From: Malacoraja senta
Lineage: Eukaryota
Assembly (NCBI GenBank): GCA_038087875.1
Contig: CM075991.1
Coordinates: forward strand, 6,200,001-6,264,000
Direction of reading: 5' to 3'
Length of the DNA stretch: 64,000 nucleotides
Part shown: in pieces, positions 39,708-51,804 of the stretch
Position numbering within the stretch: the stretch's first letter is position 1
Layout: each line of letters opens with the position of its first letter
Program-made: the position numbers and the translations under genes
Notes under the pieces: model-generated
The model's database searches: none
The model's input: the letters and a program-made list of their open reading frames with translations, nothing else
Told to the model about the DNA's origin: nothing

Positions 39708-40410
39708 CACCATCTCCCTAGTCAAGAAAGCACAGCAACGTCTCCACTTCCTTCGACGGATGAGGAGAGCCGACCTCCCTCCTTCTGCCCTCACAACTTT
39801 TTACAGGGGTGCCATTGAGAGCATTCTTACCAGCAGTCTCTCAGTCTGGTTTGGCAGTTGCTCTGCTGCTGACCAGAAGGCCCTACCGAGAGTGGTGAGG
39901 ACAGCGGAGAAGATCACTAGATCACCCCAACCACCAATCCAGGACTTATACCCATCTCGCTGTCGCAAGAGAGCAACCAATATCATCAAAGACACCACCC
40001 ACCCAGCACACAAACTGTTCACCCTCCTACCATCCGGCAAGCGCTACCGCAGCATGCGGAGCAAAACCACAAGATTCAAAAACAGCTTTTTCCCTCAGGC
40101 CATCAGACTACTCAACACACTCAAGAAAATTCCATGAACATTACACAAAGACCAACTGACTGCCAAATTAACTTTAACCCAATGTCTGCAGTATGCTATT
40201 TGCACTTTTCTATATTGCACCTTTTATTAATGAATATTTTATATAATGTATATGTCCATTGTCTATTTTTATTGGTATATTGTCTGTCTGTGTTATAAAT
40301 ATTACTTGCACATTGGAGTATGGGGAAACGCAATTTCAATCCTCTGTGTAACTACTTGTTGCATTATTTGAATTGACAATAAAGTTACTATTACTCTTAT
40401 TACTATTACA
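39708..40410 (+). mobile_element. Rex1/Babar LINE 3' fragment inside the Harbinger
   Basis: KKAQQRLHFLRR...FYRGAIESILT...LLPSGKRYRS...NSFFPQAIRLLN; tail gacaataaag(TTACTA)n. Confidence 0.92.
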
Positions 40411-40623
40411 CTCGTGGTTACAGTAGCAGCTGTGTTCTTAGAGACAATGAACATAGAACAGTATAACACAGGAACAGGCCCTTTGGCCCACGAAGTCCAT
40501 GCCAACTCTCCCCACGTAAACTGAGCCTACAGTGAAAGTGAAAATAACTTGTTCAGAATATTTGCACTTATTCTTATCTTAATTTTGCAGCAAACTTTAT
40601 TTGGACCTGTAAACTACTGCACA

Positions 40624-41265
40624 ATGGAAGAGATTGAGATTGCATTGCTGCTACACCAACAGACACTTCTCTTAGCAGCAGCCCTCATGGTTGCAGGTCA
40701 GCCGTGCAGCAGTTCATCAAAGAAGGTTATGAAGAAGAAGAAGAAGAAGCCCAGGAAGAGGTCTGTGTGGACGAGGTCTTTGTTCCGGATGAGACCTACT
40801 TTGGGCCAGTATGAGACCATGATGACGGATCTGCAGCGGGTAGATGATGCTGACTTTAGAAATTTCACCAGGATCCCCCCTGACCTGTTTCAGGAGCTCA
40901 AGACACGAGTCGGACCTCTACTGCAGAAAACGGACACCGTCATGCGGAAGTCACTGGAACCAGGACTGCGCCTAGCCATCACCCTCCGCTACCTTGCATC
41001 AGGGGATTCCTACAAGAGCCTCTCGTATAACTTCCGTGTGGCTCACAACACCATCAGCAGTGTAGTCCGAGAGACCTGTGACGCCATCAACAAAACATAT
41101 GATGAGATTATTGACTGCCCAACTACACCAGACGGGTGGAGGAGTGTGGCGCACGGCTTTCAAAGCAGATGGAACTTCCTGCACACATGTGGGGCTGTTG
41201 ATGGGAAGCATGTGGCCATCCGGTGTCCACCCAGATCTAACAAAAGTGCGATCTATGTATGTTGA
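40624..41265 (+). pseudogene. Harbinger (HARBI1-like) DDE transposase, 3'-truncated
   Basis: FRNFTR...T.MRKSL....RLAITLRYLASGDSY...FRVAHNTIS...GAVDGKHVAIRCPP. Similarity ends at ~41238, and the later catalytic D and E motifs are not found. Confidence 0.9.
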
Positions 41266-41773
41266 TGGATGGTTTTACATTGTGAAATTATTAATTCTGT
41301 GTTAATAGTAATACCTACATCACTTATTTTAAAATTGCCTGATCTTTAAAGCGTTTAAATGCCATTGTTTGATTTTCATGGCTTATAATGACACATTTTG
41401 CAATTCAATGCAGTTCAATGCCTGTTTGTGTTTTATTTCTCTAATAAATCAATGCTTTTGTATGTGAGATGCATTCCATCATTAGAGGTTGTTTCCATAT
41501 GAGAGATCTACGCCATGATTAACAGACACTTTTTTCCACAATACAATATTAAATTTAAACTTTATTGATTTAGTGAAAACAGTTAACATATTGAAAAACA
41601 AGAAATTATTTTTAAATATGCAACACAATTCCACAGAACATTGTTCGTTAGTGCAAGCAAACAAATAACGTAGTGAGAAACAACAGTGAATTAAACGTTA
41701 ATGTGCAACACACAAGCAGACACAACAGTGAATTTTGGGGGCAACCTCACTCCTTACGGCCCATGTCCACATG

Positions 41774-43570
41774 TCAATTATCCATATAAAAGTCTGAGAG
41801 TTCTGTGCCGGAGTTTGCGCTTTCTTCGGGACCCTCAAATTGCACATGGAAATCGCTTTCCCCTAGCCTATCCATGCCACGTGATGAATGATGTGGCGGT
41901 GGGGTGTGTCCACTGACATAGTGGGGGGGGGCTGCCATCCACAGGTATGCCATAGAACAGGATTCCATCCTTGCCTGTGGGCAAAACACATAAGCGTATC
42001 AATATGTATCAGTGCCAAACAAATCATATAAAACAAATCACAACCTTTCACAAGCTGTGTGTTAGAGAAAATCTTGAATCAGGCTGAAGACTCACAAATG
42101 TTTCACAGTGTACCTGGGGAGGATATTGTGGTGGCAGCATCATGGTTTGTTGCAGTGGCACTAATGGCATGGGCCTCATCGGACTCTGCAACACAAAGAA
42201 AATCGTAGTAAATGATTCATAGACAGCATTAAATTAAAACTTTTATAAATTCAATAAACTTTGATTAAAATATTTTACTGGCAGGGGAAGTCTGTGCGCC
42301 TTTGCCAAGGCCAATCCCTCAATGCTGTAGCGTTGCCAATTTTCCTCAGGGATCAAAAACATCTCCTCCCTCAGTAACATTGCGTACGCATGGACGATTC
42401 TTTCCTGCGACGTCCTTGGCTGTGACAAAACGTTGATCATGCCCGACGTTGTCTTTGCCTGTTCCATGATCTGCAACAAGAGAGTACAATCATGATAATT
42501 ATATTGTGGGATGCGATGGAGAAACGTGGACGTAGGGCGGAGTGAATGAGAGATTTGATGATGGTTAATCCAAAAGCACTTACATCCCTGAACATGTCCC
42601 GTTGAAGACCTTGAACAGGCACATCGCTATCTGACGCAGTTGTGCAGGCCCGCTTCCGTTTTGCGTGCTGCTGCAGTTCGACAGCAGTGCATGACCCGGA
42701 TGGTCCATCTGAGGGTCCCTCTAGCGGATCAGGCTCGCCCTCACTCGAGTCCGCGCACGTTGATACACCCACAGTACACTTGAAGAAAGTGAATGCGTAT
42801 CATAAATGTGCAAGGCCATCAGGACGTAGCAAGAAAAGTGAACACCAAGTTATCATTGTTAAAAATATTTTTGACTGACTTGCCAACAAATATTAATTGT
42901 CACATAATTTTCGTAATTATTCACCTTCCTGCAACTTTCCTTCTGCACTCTTACAATGTGGTCCCGCACGAACCCCCATTTGTGATATATCCACTGGTCT
43001 CTGTCAGTCAGTGTCCTACTGGCAGAGCCAGACTTGCCAAGACTTTGAGAAATTTTCCTGAACCGTGTCCTCTGATTCTTTAGCCATTGACACAGTTGGT
43101 CATCTGTGAAAACATAGAATAAATGAAGATAAGTGTTGAGCAACTTATAATATGAATTGGAACCTCAATTACAAACACAGAAATGTAGATAAACTACAAA
43201 TTATGTACTTACAAGAGCAGTCAGGGAACTCCGCCTTTTCTCCAATTATGACGTTGCGGAGACCCCCGTTCATAAAATCGCGGTGGGTTTTGTCATACAG
43301 CTCATGGTGGGCCTGATACCATTCCACCAGGTCCCCCTCTTGTTCCCGAGAAAAATTATATGGCTTTGAGCCGGACCTGTTCCACACCCATGCAGGGACA
43401 TAAGCTGGAGCAGGAGATGGGCCAGCAGATGGGGCAGGAGATGGGACAGGTAATGAAGCCGGGGCAGGGGCAGGAGCAGTGGCTGGACCCTCCAGTACCT
43501 GAATGTTTTCCATTATTACTTTTTTTCCTTTGTCCTGCATCGATCTTCTTACAATCCTTGTTCTCCTCAT
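41774..43570 (-). CDS. Harbinger accessory Myb/SANT-like (MADF) DNA-binding protein, six exons, 398 aa predicted
   Basis: Exons 43570-43213, 43103-42925, 42778-42584, 42470-42279, 42185-42114 and 41974-41774. All introns are GT-AG and phases are consistent (1197 nt, no internal stop). MADF-like LVEWYQAHHELYD...W.KNQRTRF...W; AATAAA at 41566-41561. The last two exons are less certain. Confidence 0.8.
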
Positions 43571-45647
43571 GTTTCTAATAAACTGTCAAGCACTCCGTTT
43601 GAAAAACGCGGTAAAATGCTACACTGTTGAAGTCTCAGATCTCGTGTGGTTTGGACGTGAACAGCTAAAAAAGGCGGGCCGACTGCGAAAGGACGTCGCG
43701 CGGCATCGGGTGATGACGACATCGCGCAACGCGACGCGCTACGCGATGACGTCATTTCGGATCGCGGGGCTGTGGCGGCGGTAGTGCTGATCGCGGCGCT
43801 GTGGCGGCACCCGTGCCGCACACGTGCCTCACTGGCGGAGGCTGTGGCGGTGAAAGTTCGACTCACGGCGCTCGTGCCGCACTGGCGGGGGCTGTGGCGG
43901 TGCCCGTGCCGCACTCGTGCCTCACCGGTGGCGGCTGTGTGGTAGGAAAATATTTTTAGACATTGCTGACTTTTTGTGAGCACTGTGCGGTGTTGGGACC
44001 AACGCCGCACGGCCCCGGCAGTGTGCGTTTGACCGAACCCGCGGTCTCTGGCGGTCCACGAGCGATAGATACTTTCTGTTTCACCGCCAATGACCGCAGA
44101 CTCGTGAGACAGGCCTTTAAATACCTTTGTTAAGTACATACATTTCAAAATGGAAACATTTGTAACTGCCAAACAACTGATTTCCAAAGGATACTTTATG
44201 GCAAGCATTGATTTAAAAGATGTCTACTATACAGTACCCATTCAAAAGGGTCATCGCAGATACCTGAAATTTACCTGGATGGGGCAACTATGGCAGTTTA
44301 AAGAGTTGCCAAATGGGTTAACATCAGCCCCAAGACCATTTACCAAGATATTAAAACCAGCCTTGGCAACATTAAGAAAACAGAGACATATTGTCATGGC
44401 ATATCTTGATGATATTCTAATAGTAGGCAAAACCATGGAGTTGGCTAAATCAGCTGTATTAGCTACCAAACAATTGTTTGAAACCCTGGGATTTGTCTTA
44501 CATCCAGATAAATCTAAGTTGACGCCATCCACAACTATGGACTATCTGGGATTCACAATTAACTCAGTCCACATGTCTGTAACGTTGCCAAAAGAAAAAG
44601 CAGCAGAATTGGCACAAACGTGTAACAATTTAATGGTTAGCGATCGACCGACCATCCGACAAGTGGCAAGAGTAATTGGCAAAATGGTAGCAGCATTTCC
44701 AGCTACACAATTTGGACCTCTGCACTATCAAAACCTACAAAGGGCAAAAGTACAGGCATTAAAACGACATGCAGGTCACTTTGACTGAACCATGAAATTA
44801 CCCATTGAAGCAATATCAGAGTTACAGTGGTGGATAGAGCACATTTGGCATAGTTCCAGCCCTATCATCATCAATAACCGAACGTTAACTATACAAACAG
44901 ATGCCAGTGCTCAAGGCTGGGGAACAACTAATACCATATCCAGCACAGGTGGTAGATGGACTAACCTAGACTCATCTTTACTACAAACACTGGGCATAAA
45001 TTATTTGGAAAGGTTGGGTGCGTTTTATGTTTTTAAAGCATATTCTATGAATATGCACCATTTGCATGTTCGTTTACAGATTGATAATACCACGGTGGTG
45101 GCCTATATTAACCATATGGGCGGAATAAAATCGATATCATGTGACAATTTGGTCAACAAAATCTGGCAATGATGTGTCGATAGACATATTTGGCTATCAG
45201 CAACACCAGGTCACGCAAATTCAATGATAACACCGAATGGATGTTAAATCGTAAAGCTTTTGCTAAAATTACAAAGCAATATGGCACACCAGATATCGAT
45301 CTCTTTGCATCCAGACTAAATCACCAGGTACCAATGTATGTCGCTTGGGAACCAGACCCTGAGGCAGCAGCGATAGATGCATTCGCGCTGAACTGGGGAA
45401 ACTATTTATTTTATGCTTTTCCCCCCTTCTGCCTCATCAGGAGGGTACTACGCAAAATACAGATGGACTCTGCTTCAGGTATTTTGATAGTACCCGACTG
45501 GCCTACACAGCCATGGTTCCCAGTGGTCCTCAACATGGTCATCGAAACTCCTATGACCTTTCCCAGTAGCCCAGACCTATTGACTCACCCGGTATCAGGC
45601 ATAAGTCATCCATGCCATGACAAAATTAACCTACTGGGTTGCAGATT

Positions 45648-46625
45648 ATGAAAAGACCACTGCTGGGCCTGGGATTGTCTGACAGGACCATCAACACGAT
45701 GACAGTGTCCCACCGTATGTTCACCAGGAAACAATACCTATCGAGCATCAGGAAGTGGGAAAGATACTGCTCGAATACTGGGACAACATACTCATCTACA
45801 ACCATAACCAATGTACTGGAGTTCCTGGCTGGCCTTCACCATAATGAAGGACTCAGCTACAGCGCCATCAATACTGCCAGAAGTGCGCTGTCAGCCTACT
45901 TAAAACAAGTACCAGGACAACTGGCCATAGGGTCTCACCCGCTGGTGATCAAACTCATGAGAGGTATATTCAACTCCAACCCCCCTAGACCTAGGTACAC
46001 CCAAATCTGTGATGTCAGTGTGGTCCTGACATACCTAAGGGGATGGTCACCAGCCAGGTCTCTCACCCTGGAACAGCTAACCCTGAAAACGGTCATGCTG
46101 ATGGCACTAGTCTCAGCACAAAGAGTCCAGTCCCTCCACTTACTGCGACTGGACAACATGGTTGTAACACCAGACCGGGTCTCATTCACCATTCAGGAGC
46201 TGTTAAAGCAGAGCAGGCCAGGAACTTCAGGCCTAGTTATGGATTTCCGGGCATACCCACCTGACCCACGGTTGTGTGTCATGACTCACTTACTCACTTA
46301 CATCAACACAACAAGAGATTCCCGAGGGAGAGAAAAAGCCTTATGGGTCAGCCACAAGAAACCTCATGGTCGGGTTTCGAGCCAAACCATCTCAAGATGG
46401 CTCAAGCAGGTACTGGGAGCTGCTGGAGTAGATACTGACGTATATACATCTCACTCCACCAGGGCAGCATCCACATCGGCGGCTAAAAGGATGGACGTGC
46501 CACTGGACCACATCCTGGCTACAGCGGGGTGGTCCATGGAGAAAACGTTCCAAACGTTCTACAACAAGCCGCTAGCAGAACCTGTGTTATTTGCAGAAAG
46601 AGTTTTAGAATCTGCAAATATATAA
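45648..46625 (+). CDS. DIRS tyrosine recombinase (open ORF)
   Basis: ALVSAQRV, SHSTRAAST, AGWS..TFQTFY catalytic-type motifs. The ATG overlaps the upstream TGA (ATGA, 45648-45651). Confidence 0.92.
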   Translation: MKRPLLGLGLSDRTINTMTVSHRMFTRKQYLSSIRKWERYCSNTGTTYSSTTITNVLEFLAGLHHNEGLSYSAINTARSALSAYLKQVPGQLAIGSHPLVIKLMRGIFNSNPPRPRYTQICDVSVVLTYLRGWSPARSLTLEQLTLKTVMLMALVSAQRVQSLHLLRLDNMVVTPDRVSFTIQELLKQSRPGTSGLVMDFRAYPPDPRLCVMTHLLTYINTTRDSRGREKALWVSHKKPHGRVSSQTISRWLKQVLGAAGVDTDVYTSHSTRAASTSAAKRMDVPLDHILATAGWSMEKTFQTFYNKPLAEPVLFAERVLESANI

Positions 46626-46791
46626 TTTAAGCTCGGGGGAGCATTTTTCTTTTGTTATTGTTTAATAAATACCATTATTGTTTACAAACAGATTCATGGT
46701 TGATTACGATAACATACTTCCTCCCTTGAATGACTTCGGCAGCGAGTGAAGTATGAACTGTTACACGGTTTGAAATCACAGAGCTTTAAAA

Positions 46792-46904
46792 TCTTCACGT
46801 AGTCACTCACGTGACTCCGAAGTAAAATAGTAGGATTAAACGAGAACTTACCAGTTTGAAGTTTGATCTGTATTTTATGAGGAGTTACGATGAGGGATTA
46901 CGTG
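46792..46904. repeat. DIRS internal complementary region (ICR)
   Basis: Left part is the reverse complement of ~37101-37137; right part is the reverse complement of ~51216-51294. Confidence 0.93.
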
Positions 46905-46984
46905 CCCTCCGCTCCCACCCTCAATTATAGTGATCAACTGGTATCTTAGTTCCCTTTTTCTTTACTATGTTTATTTCAATAGTA

Positions 46985-49900
46985 TAATTAGATAATGCTA
47001 AAGAGCCTACTATAGACAAACATAATAAAATAACAATAATGAAATTTAAATTAAACAAAATATTATCAGCAAATGTTATTAGATTATTTCAAATCACAAA
47101 ACAGGAAAATTTTGAATTTGGGGATAAACCACACAAGCTTCTGGCTCGTCAACTGAAAAAACGGGAAAGGACCACACGATTTTAAAGATTAAATCAGATA
47201 AAGGGGAATTGTTAACACTACCTAAGGATATTAATAAAAGATTCGCTCAATTTTATCAAAATTTATATACATCTAAAGCGGTAGCAGATAGTACCAAAGT
47301 TAGAGAGTTCCTGGACAATTGTAATCTCCCAAAACTCAATGTGAGTGAACAAGAGGAATTAGGTGCACAAGTCTCAACTAAGGAAATAGAAGAAACAATA
47401 AATACATTGAAGAATGGAAAAACTCCAGGACCAGATGGTTTTAGTAATGAATTTTATAAAAGATTTTATGAGATAGTTACACCACGACTACATAAAATGT
47501 ATACATATGCTTTTAAAGAACATACACTTCCAGAAACATTGGCGGAGTCAACGATTACACTTATACCTAAAAAAGGTAAAGATTTAGAAGATCCGGGTTC
47601 TTATAGAGCTATTGCGCTGTTAAATACAGATCAAAAAATATTAGCGAAAACATTAGCTAGAAGGCTAAGTAACTATGTTAGTAAATTAATAAATCCGGAT
47701 CAAACAGGGTTTATACCCAAGAGATACTCAAGCAATAACCTGAGAAGCCTGTTTAATATAATGCACTCACATAAAACCGAAGAGCAAGACTTATCAATTA
47801 TTTCACTGGACGCAGAAAAAGCATTTGATCAAGTGGAATGGGATTATATGGTTAAAGTATTGCAAAAATTTCAAGTGGGAGAGAATTTTATCGTTTGGGT
47901 AAAATTATTATATGGTAGGCCAACGGCCAGAATATTAACTAATAATATGTTGTCCTCGAAATTTCAGTTATCAAGGGGAAATAGACAGGGGTGTTCATTA
48001 TCACCTCTGCTATTTGCTCTTGTAATAGAACCGTTAGCGGAAAGTATTAGGATACATCCGAATATTCATGGGTACAATACAAAATATTCAAATAATAAGA
48101 TATCTATATATGCAGATGATGTACTATTATATATTACAAAATCACAAACTAGTATACCAAATCTATTAAATTTAATCGAGGAATTTGGATCCTTTTCAGG
48201 ATATAGAATAAATTGGAATAAAAGTGAAATTATGATGATTAAACCTCAAGAATCGACACACTTGTTAAAATTCCCTTTAAAAATCGCTTCAGAAAAATTT
48301 AAATATTTGGGAATTGAAATTACTGGAAAATATAAATCTCTATTTAATGCAAACTATATGCCCTTACTCAATAAACTAAACACACTGATTAAATTCTGGA
48401 AAACCCTCCCGATGTCTCTTATAGGCCGAATAAATGCTATAAAAATGATCTTTTGACCACAAATTTTATATCTATTCCAGTCAATATACTTACCAAAATT
48501 TTTTTTTTTTTAATTGGATGCTGATATTACAAACTTTATATGGGACTATAAATCCCACAGAATCCAAAGAAAACATTTGTGTAAACCTAAGGAATTTGGT
48601 GGATTATCACTCCCCAATTTTTTATATTATTATTGGGCCACAAATGTCAAAAATATGATTCACCTGTTGGACAATTCGGCCCAGCAGGTGGATTGGATAG
48701 TAATGGAGAGAGGACTGTTCCCCTTTTAACATAGGATCGATCCTTCTCTCACCAACAAAAATGAAGAATACAATATACAGTAAAAATCCAATTATTCATA
48801 GTACAATTAGAATTTGGAAACAAATAAAATTAACGTTAAAATTAAGAAATCTATCACTTCTTTCACCTATAATGAATAACCCTTCGTTTAAACCTTCTAT
48901 GATAGATAGAGCTTTTATAAATTGGGAAAGAGTAGGAATTAAAATGTTTGGAGATATGTATGATAATGGAAGTTTTATAACATTTCACCAATTACAACTT
49001 AAATATAACTTGAATAGTAATCAATATTTCAAATATTTTCAACTACGTGACTATTTGAAAAAGTATACACGAGAATATCAAAATATGTCTCCTGACCTAT
49101 TAGACGGGATAATGAATATAAAAGCGGAATCAGCTAATTTAATATCATACCTAATTCCATTTTAAATATAGAAATTCCATCATCGGACGGGATTAGAAGA
49201 GAATGGGAACAGGAACTTGCTATAAAAATCTCGAAAGAGAGTTGGGATAAACATCTATTATATGTGCATAAATGTTCGATTAACGTAAGACATACTCTGA
49301 TTCAATTTAAAATTTTACATAGATTATATTATTCAAAAGCTAAATTAAGTAAATTTTACCCAAATACCTCTGCTAACTGTGATAAATGCCTAGTCCAAGA
49401 ATCAAGTATAGCACATTCTCCTCTTCATCATCTACATCCTCCCCCTTGGTCATATACTCCGTCACTTCAACCTGGACTTCCACTGCTATGCTGATGACAC
49501 CCAGATCTATCTCAGCACCAAGTCCCCCTACCACCCCCCTCTCTGCCATATCAACTCCTGCCTATCAGCCATCAAATCTTGGATGCAACTCAACTTCCTT
49601 AAATTAAACAGTAGCAAAACAGAATTTCTCCTCATTGGCTCCAAATCAACACTCACTAAAATTAACAACCCCACTCTCACTATTGACGGCACCACTGTCT
49701 CCCCATCTCCTCAGGCCCGCAACCTTGGCGTGATCTTTGATTCAACCCTCTCCCTTGAGCCTCACATCCGCCATGTTGTCAAAACATCATTTTTTCACCT
49801 CCGCAACATTTCAAAAATCAGATCCTCTCTCACACCCCCCGCTGCTGAAAGACTCATCCATGCCTTCATCTCCTCCCGACTGGACTACTGTAACTCTCTT

Positions 49901-51146
49901 CTTTTCGGAATCAATTCCAGCAGCATCAACCGACTCCAACTGGTTCAAAATGCAGCTGCTCGATTCATTACCCACACCAAATCCTGGCACCACATCACCC
50001 CAGTTCTCAAAGAACTTCACTGGCTTCCCATTTCCCACCGGATCATCTACAAAATCCTGGTCCTCACCTACAAAGCCCTCAACAACCTGGCCCCCCCTTA
50101 TCTCATTGACCTCCTCTCCCCCTACCAACCCTCACGGTCCCTCAGATTCACATCAGCTGGTCTCCTCTCCACTCCGAAAGCAAACCTCTGCACTTTTGGA
50201 GGCAGAGCCTTCTCCAGGGCAGCTCCCAGGCTCTGGAATTCCCTCCCACAACCGGTCCGAAATTCTGAGTCCCTCACCATCTTCCAGTCTCGCCTCAAGA
50301 CCCATCTCTTCACCTCTGCATACCCTTAGTCCCATGTTCCCCTCCCCTTTGTCTTACTGCTCTATTTTGTTTTGTTTATTCCTGACTCTCAATTGTAAAG
50401 CGACTTTGAGTCCTGAAAAGCGCTATATAAAAATAAAATCTATTATTATTCTTTTGTTTTCTGTATAAAAATTCAAAGATTTTGGAATGAAATTTTTGAA
50501 ATTTTCACTAAATTATTTCAAATAAAACTGAAACTGAATGCAGAATTGATTATTTTTGGAACAATAGAAGCAAGTTTGGAGCTGACTGCGTTTCAAAGGA
50601 GTTTTCTTAGTTGTGGCTTAATAACAGCAAAACAACTGATACTGAAATTTTGGAGAAATGCTCCTACGCCAACAATAAAAATGTGGACTTCTAATATGTC
50701 GGAATTGTTACATCTAGAAGATATGAGATTCCTCCTAGCAGGTAAACAAGACCAATTCCAAAAGATTTGGTCTCCATATATCGACTTATTACAAACATAG
50801 GGTGGAACAAAATGTTGATAATAAATGGTTTTAGGACCTGGCGAGGGGTGAGTAAAGATAAGAAGTAGGTGCATCCCTTTCATATTGTCCTATCTTATTT
50901 TCTTTTTTCTCTTTTTTTCTTTTCTTCTTTAACTACTTCTTGTGGTTTAGGTTCACATGTGTGTTCCTGGACCACATTTTCATTCACTCACTGACTGTCT
51001 TTGCTAGCTCTTTCTATCCTTTCTTTCTATTAAAGTAGAAAAACAGAAGTGGTACAAGAACTGTATAAATTTACGTTATTGCAGATTACTGTAATGTAAA
51101 ATACTTCTAATAAAAATAATTGTTTTGTTTTTTATTAATAAAAAAT
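46985..51146 (+). mobile_element. L1-clade LINE (5'-truncated ORF2 + 3' UTR) inserted between the DIRS ICR and right ITR
   Basis: KTPGPDGF, YRAIALLNTDQKI, SLDAEKAFDQV, RQGCSLSPLLF, YADD (47209-48456); C-terminal CDKC..H...C; T-rich 3' UTR and AATAAA. Stop/frameshifts after 48456. Ends approximate. Confidence 0.92.
49420..50447 (+). mobile_element. L2-clade LINE 3' portion nested in the L1
   Basis: FHCYADDTQIY, LKLNSSKTE, RNLGVIFD, SRLDYCN, LHWLP, APRLWNSLP; (ATT)n tail. ATTCT at 49415-19 and 50448-52; removal restores L1 IAHSFVFC. Confidence 0.93.
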
Positions 51147-51804
51147 TATTGTGTTTCCTGTGATTCCACACCGCTGCTTTGAAGTATGTCGCGCATGCGT
51201 GCTGGACGGGTTCTTCACGTAATCCCTCATCGTAACTCCTCATAAAATACAGATCAAACTTCAAACTGGTAAGTTCTTGTTTAATCTTACTATTATACCA
51301 AGCCAATTAACTTACAAACCTCTGCATCTTTGGAGTGTAGGAGAAAACCCACGCAGGTGACAGGGAGAACGTAAAAACTACGTACAGACAAGCACCCGTA
51401 GTCGGGATCGAACCTGGGTCCCTGGCACTGTAAACTCTACTGCCGAGCCACCATGCTGCCCAGGCTCTATTTCTGCATTGTAATCAGGAGAGGAGCTCTG
51501 ATGCAATGTTCTGGTGACACGGGTTCAAGCAAAGTAGAACGGACTGCGGTAATAATCACCTTCTATTTCACTGGGAAAGGGAACATGTTCAATCAGTTTG
51601 ACTCATATGCCTCCAAGCCTAAGATGACTCACTGGCCTCTGAAATGGGCCTTCAAGTCACACAATTCTTCAGTGATCATGGACAAACAGTTCTTGCTGCA
51701 ACATACTGGAGGAATAAATAAAGCCAACGTCTAATCATGAAAGGGGCGTAGTACAAAAATAAATGAGTCTCTTGGGTTCACAAGCAATGACTCTTGATAG
51801 ATTC

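Larger units (their letters stand above)
38952..44117 (+). mobile_element. PIF/Harbinger DNA transposon
   Basis: ~38-bp imperfect TIRs (..ctgtctcacg.gt.tgcggtcattggcggtgaa); flanks TTA / TAA; removal restores the DIRS RT frame (TSL-NTFV). Contains convergent transposase and MADF genes and GC-rich subterminal repeats at ~43770-43940. Confidence 0.95.
38495..45651 (+). pseudogene. DIRS RT-RNase H-methyltransferase-like ORF, split by Harbinger (38952-44117) and disabled
   Basis: GGRL..F...W, KKDGG..IIDL | NTFV..HFKMET, SIDLKDVYY, PNGLTSAPR, YLDD; RH TDASAQGWG, DNTTVVAYIN; MT DLFASRLN, YAFPPF. Stops at 44786 and 45170; frameshifting deletion near 45203. Confidence 0.93.
37101..51294 (+). mobile_element. 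DIRS1-like tyrosine-recombinase retrotransposon, structurally complete, with nested insertions
   Basis: Perfect 36-bp inverted repeat 37128-37163 / 51186-51221; ICR ~46792-46904 complementary to both termini; ATT at both ends and at the ICR junction; gag, RT/RH/MT and YR ORFs. Confidence 0.96.
36990..51440 (-). mobile_element. HE1/V-SINE split by the DIRS insertion (halves ~36990-37103 and ~51295-51440)
   Basis: ...ctagggacaatttacaATT joins ataccaagccaattaac..., giving a continuous SINE like the intact one at 31810-32100. Confidence 0.88.

Noticed and set aside
40549..41265. Possible host HARBI1 gene
   Set aside because: Lies between TIRs inside a DIRS element and is truncated.
43567..44208. 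213-aa minus-strand ORF
   Set aside because: Crosses the DIRS/Harbinger boundary and runs through GC-rich subterminal repeats; no recognisable domain.
45190..46625. Adenine-methyltransferase-like and phage-integrase-like ORFs suggesting prophage or contamination
   Set aside because: Both are standard DIRS domains, lying within ITR/ICR structure and vertebrate repeats.
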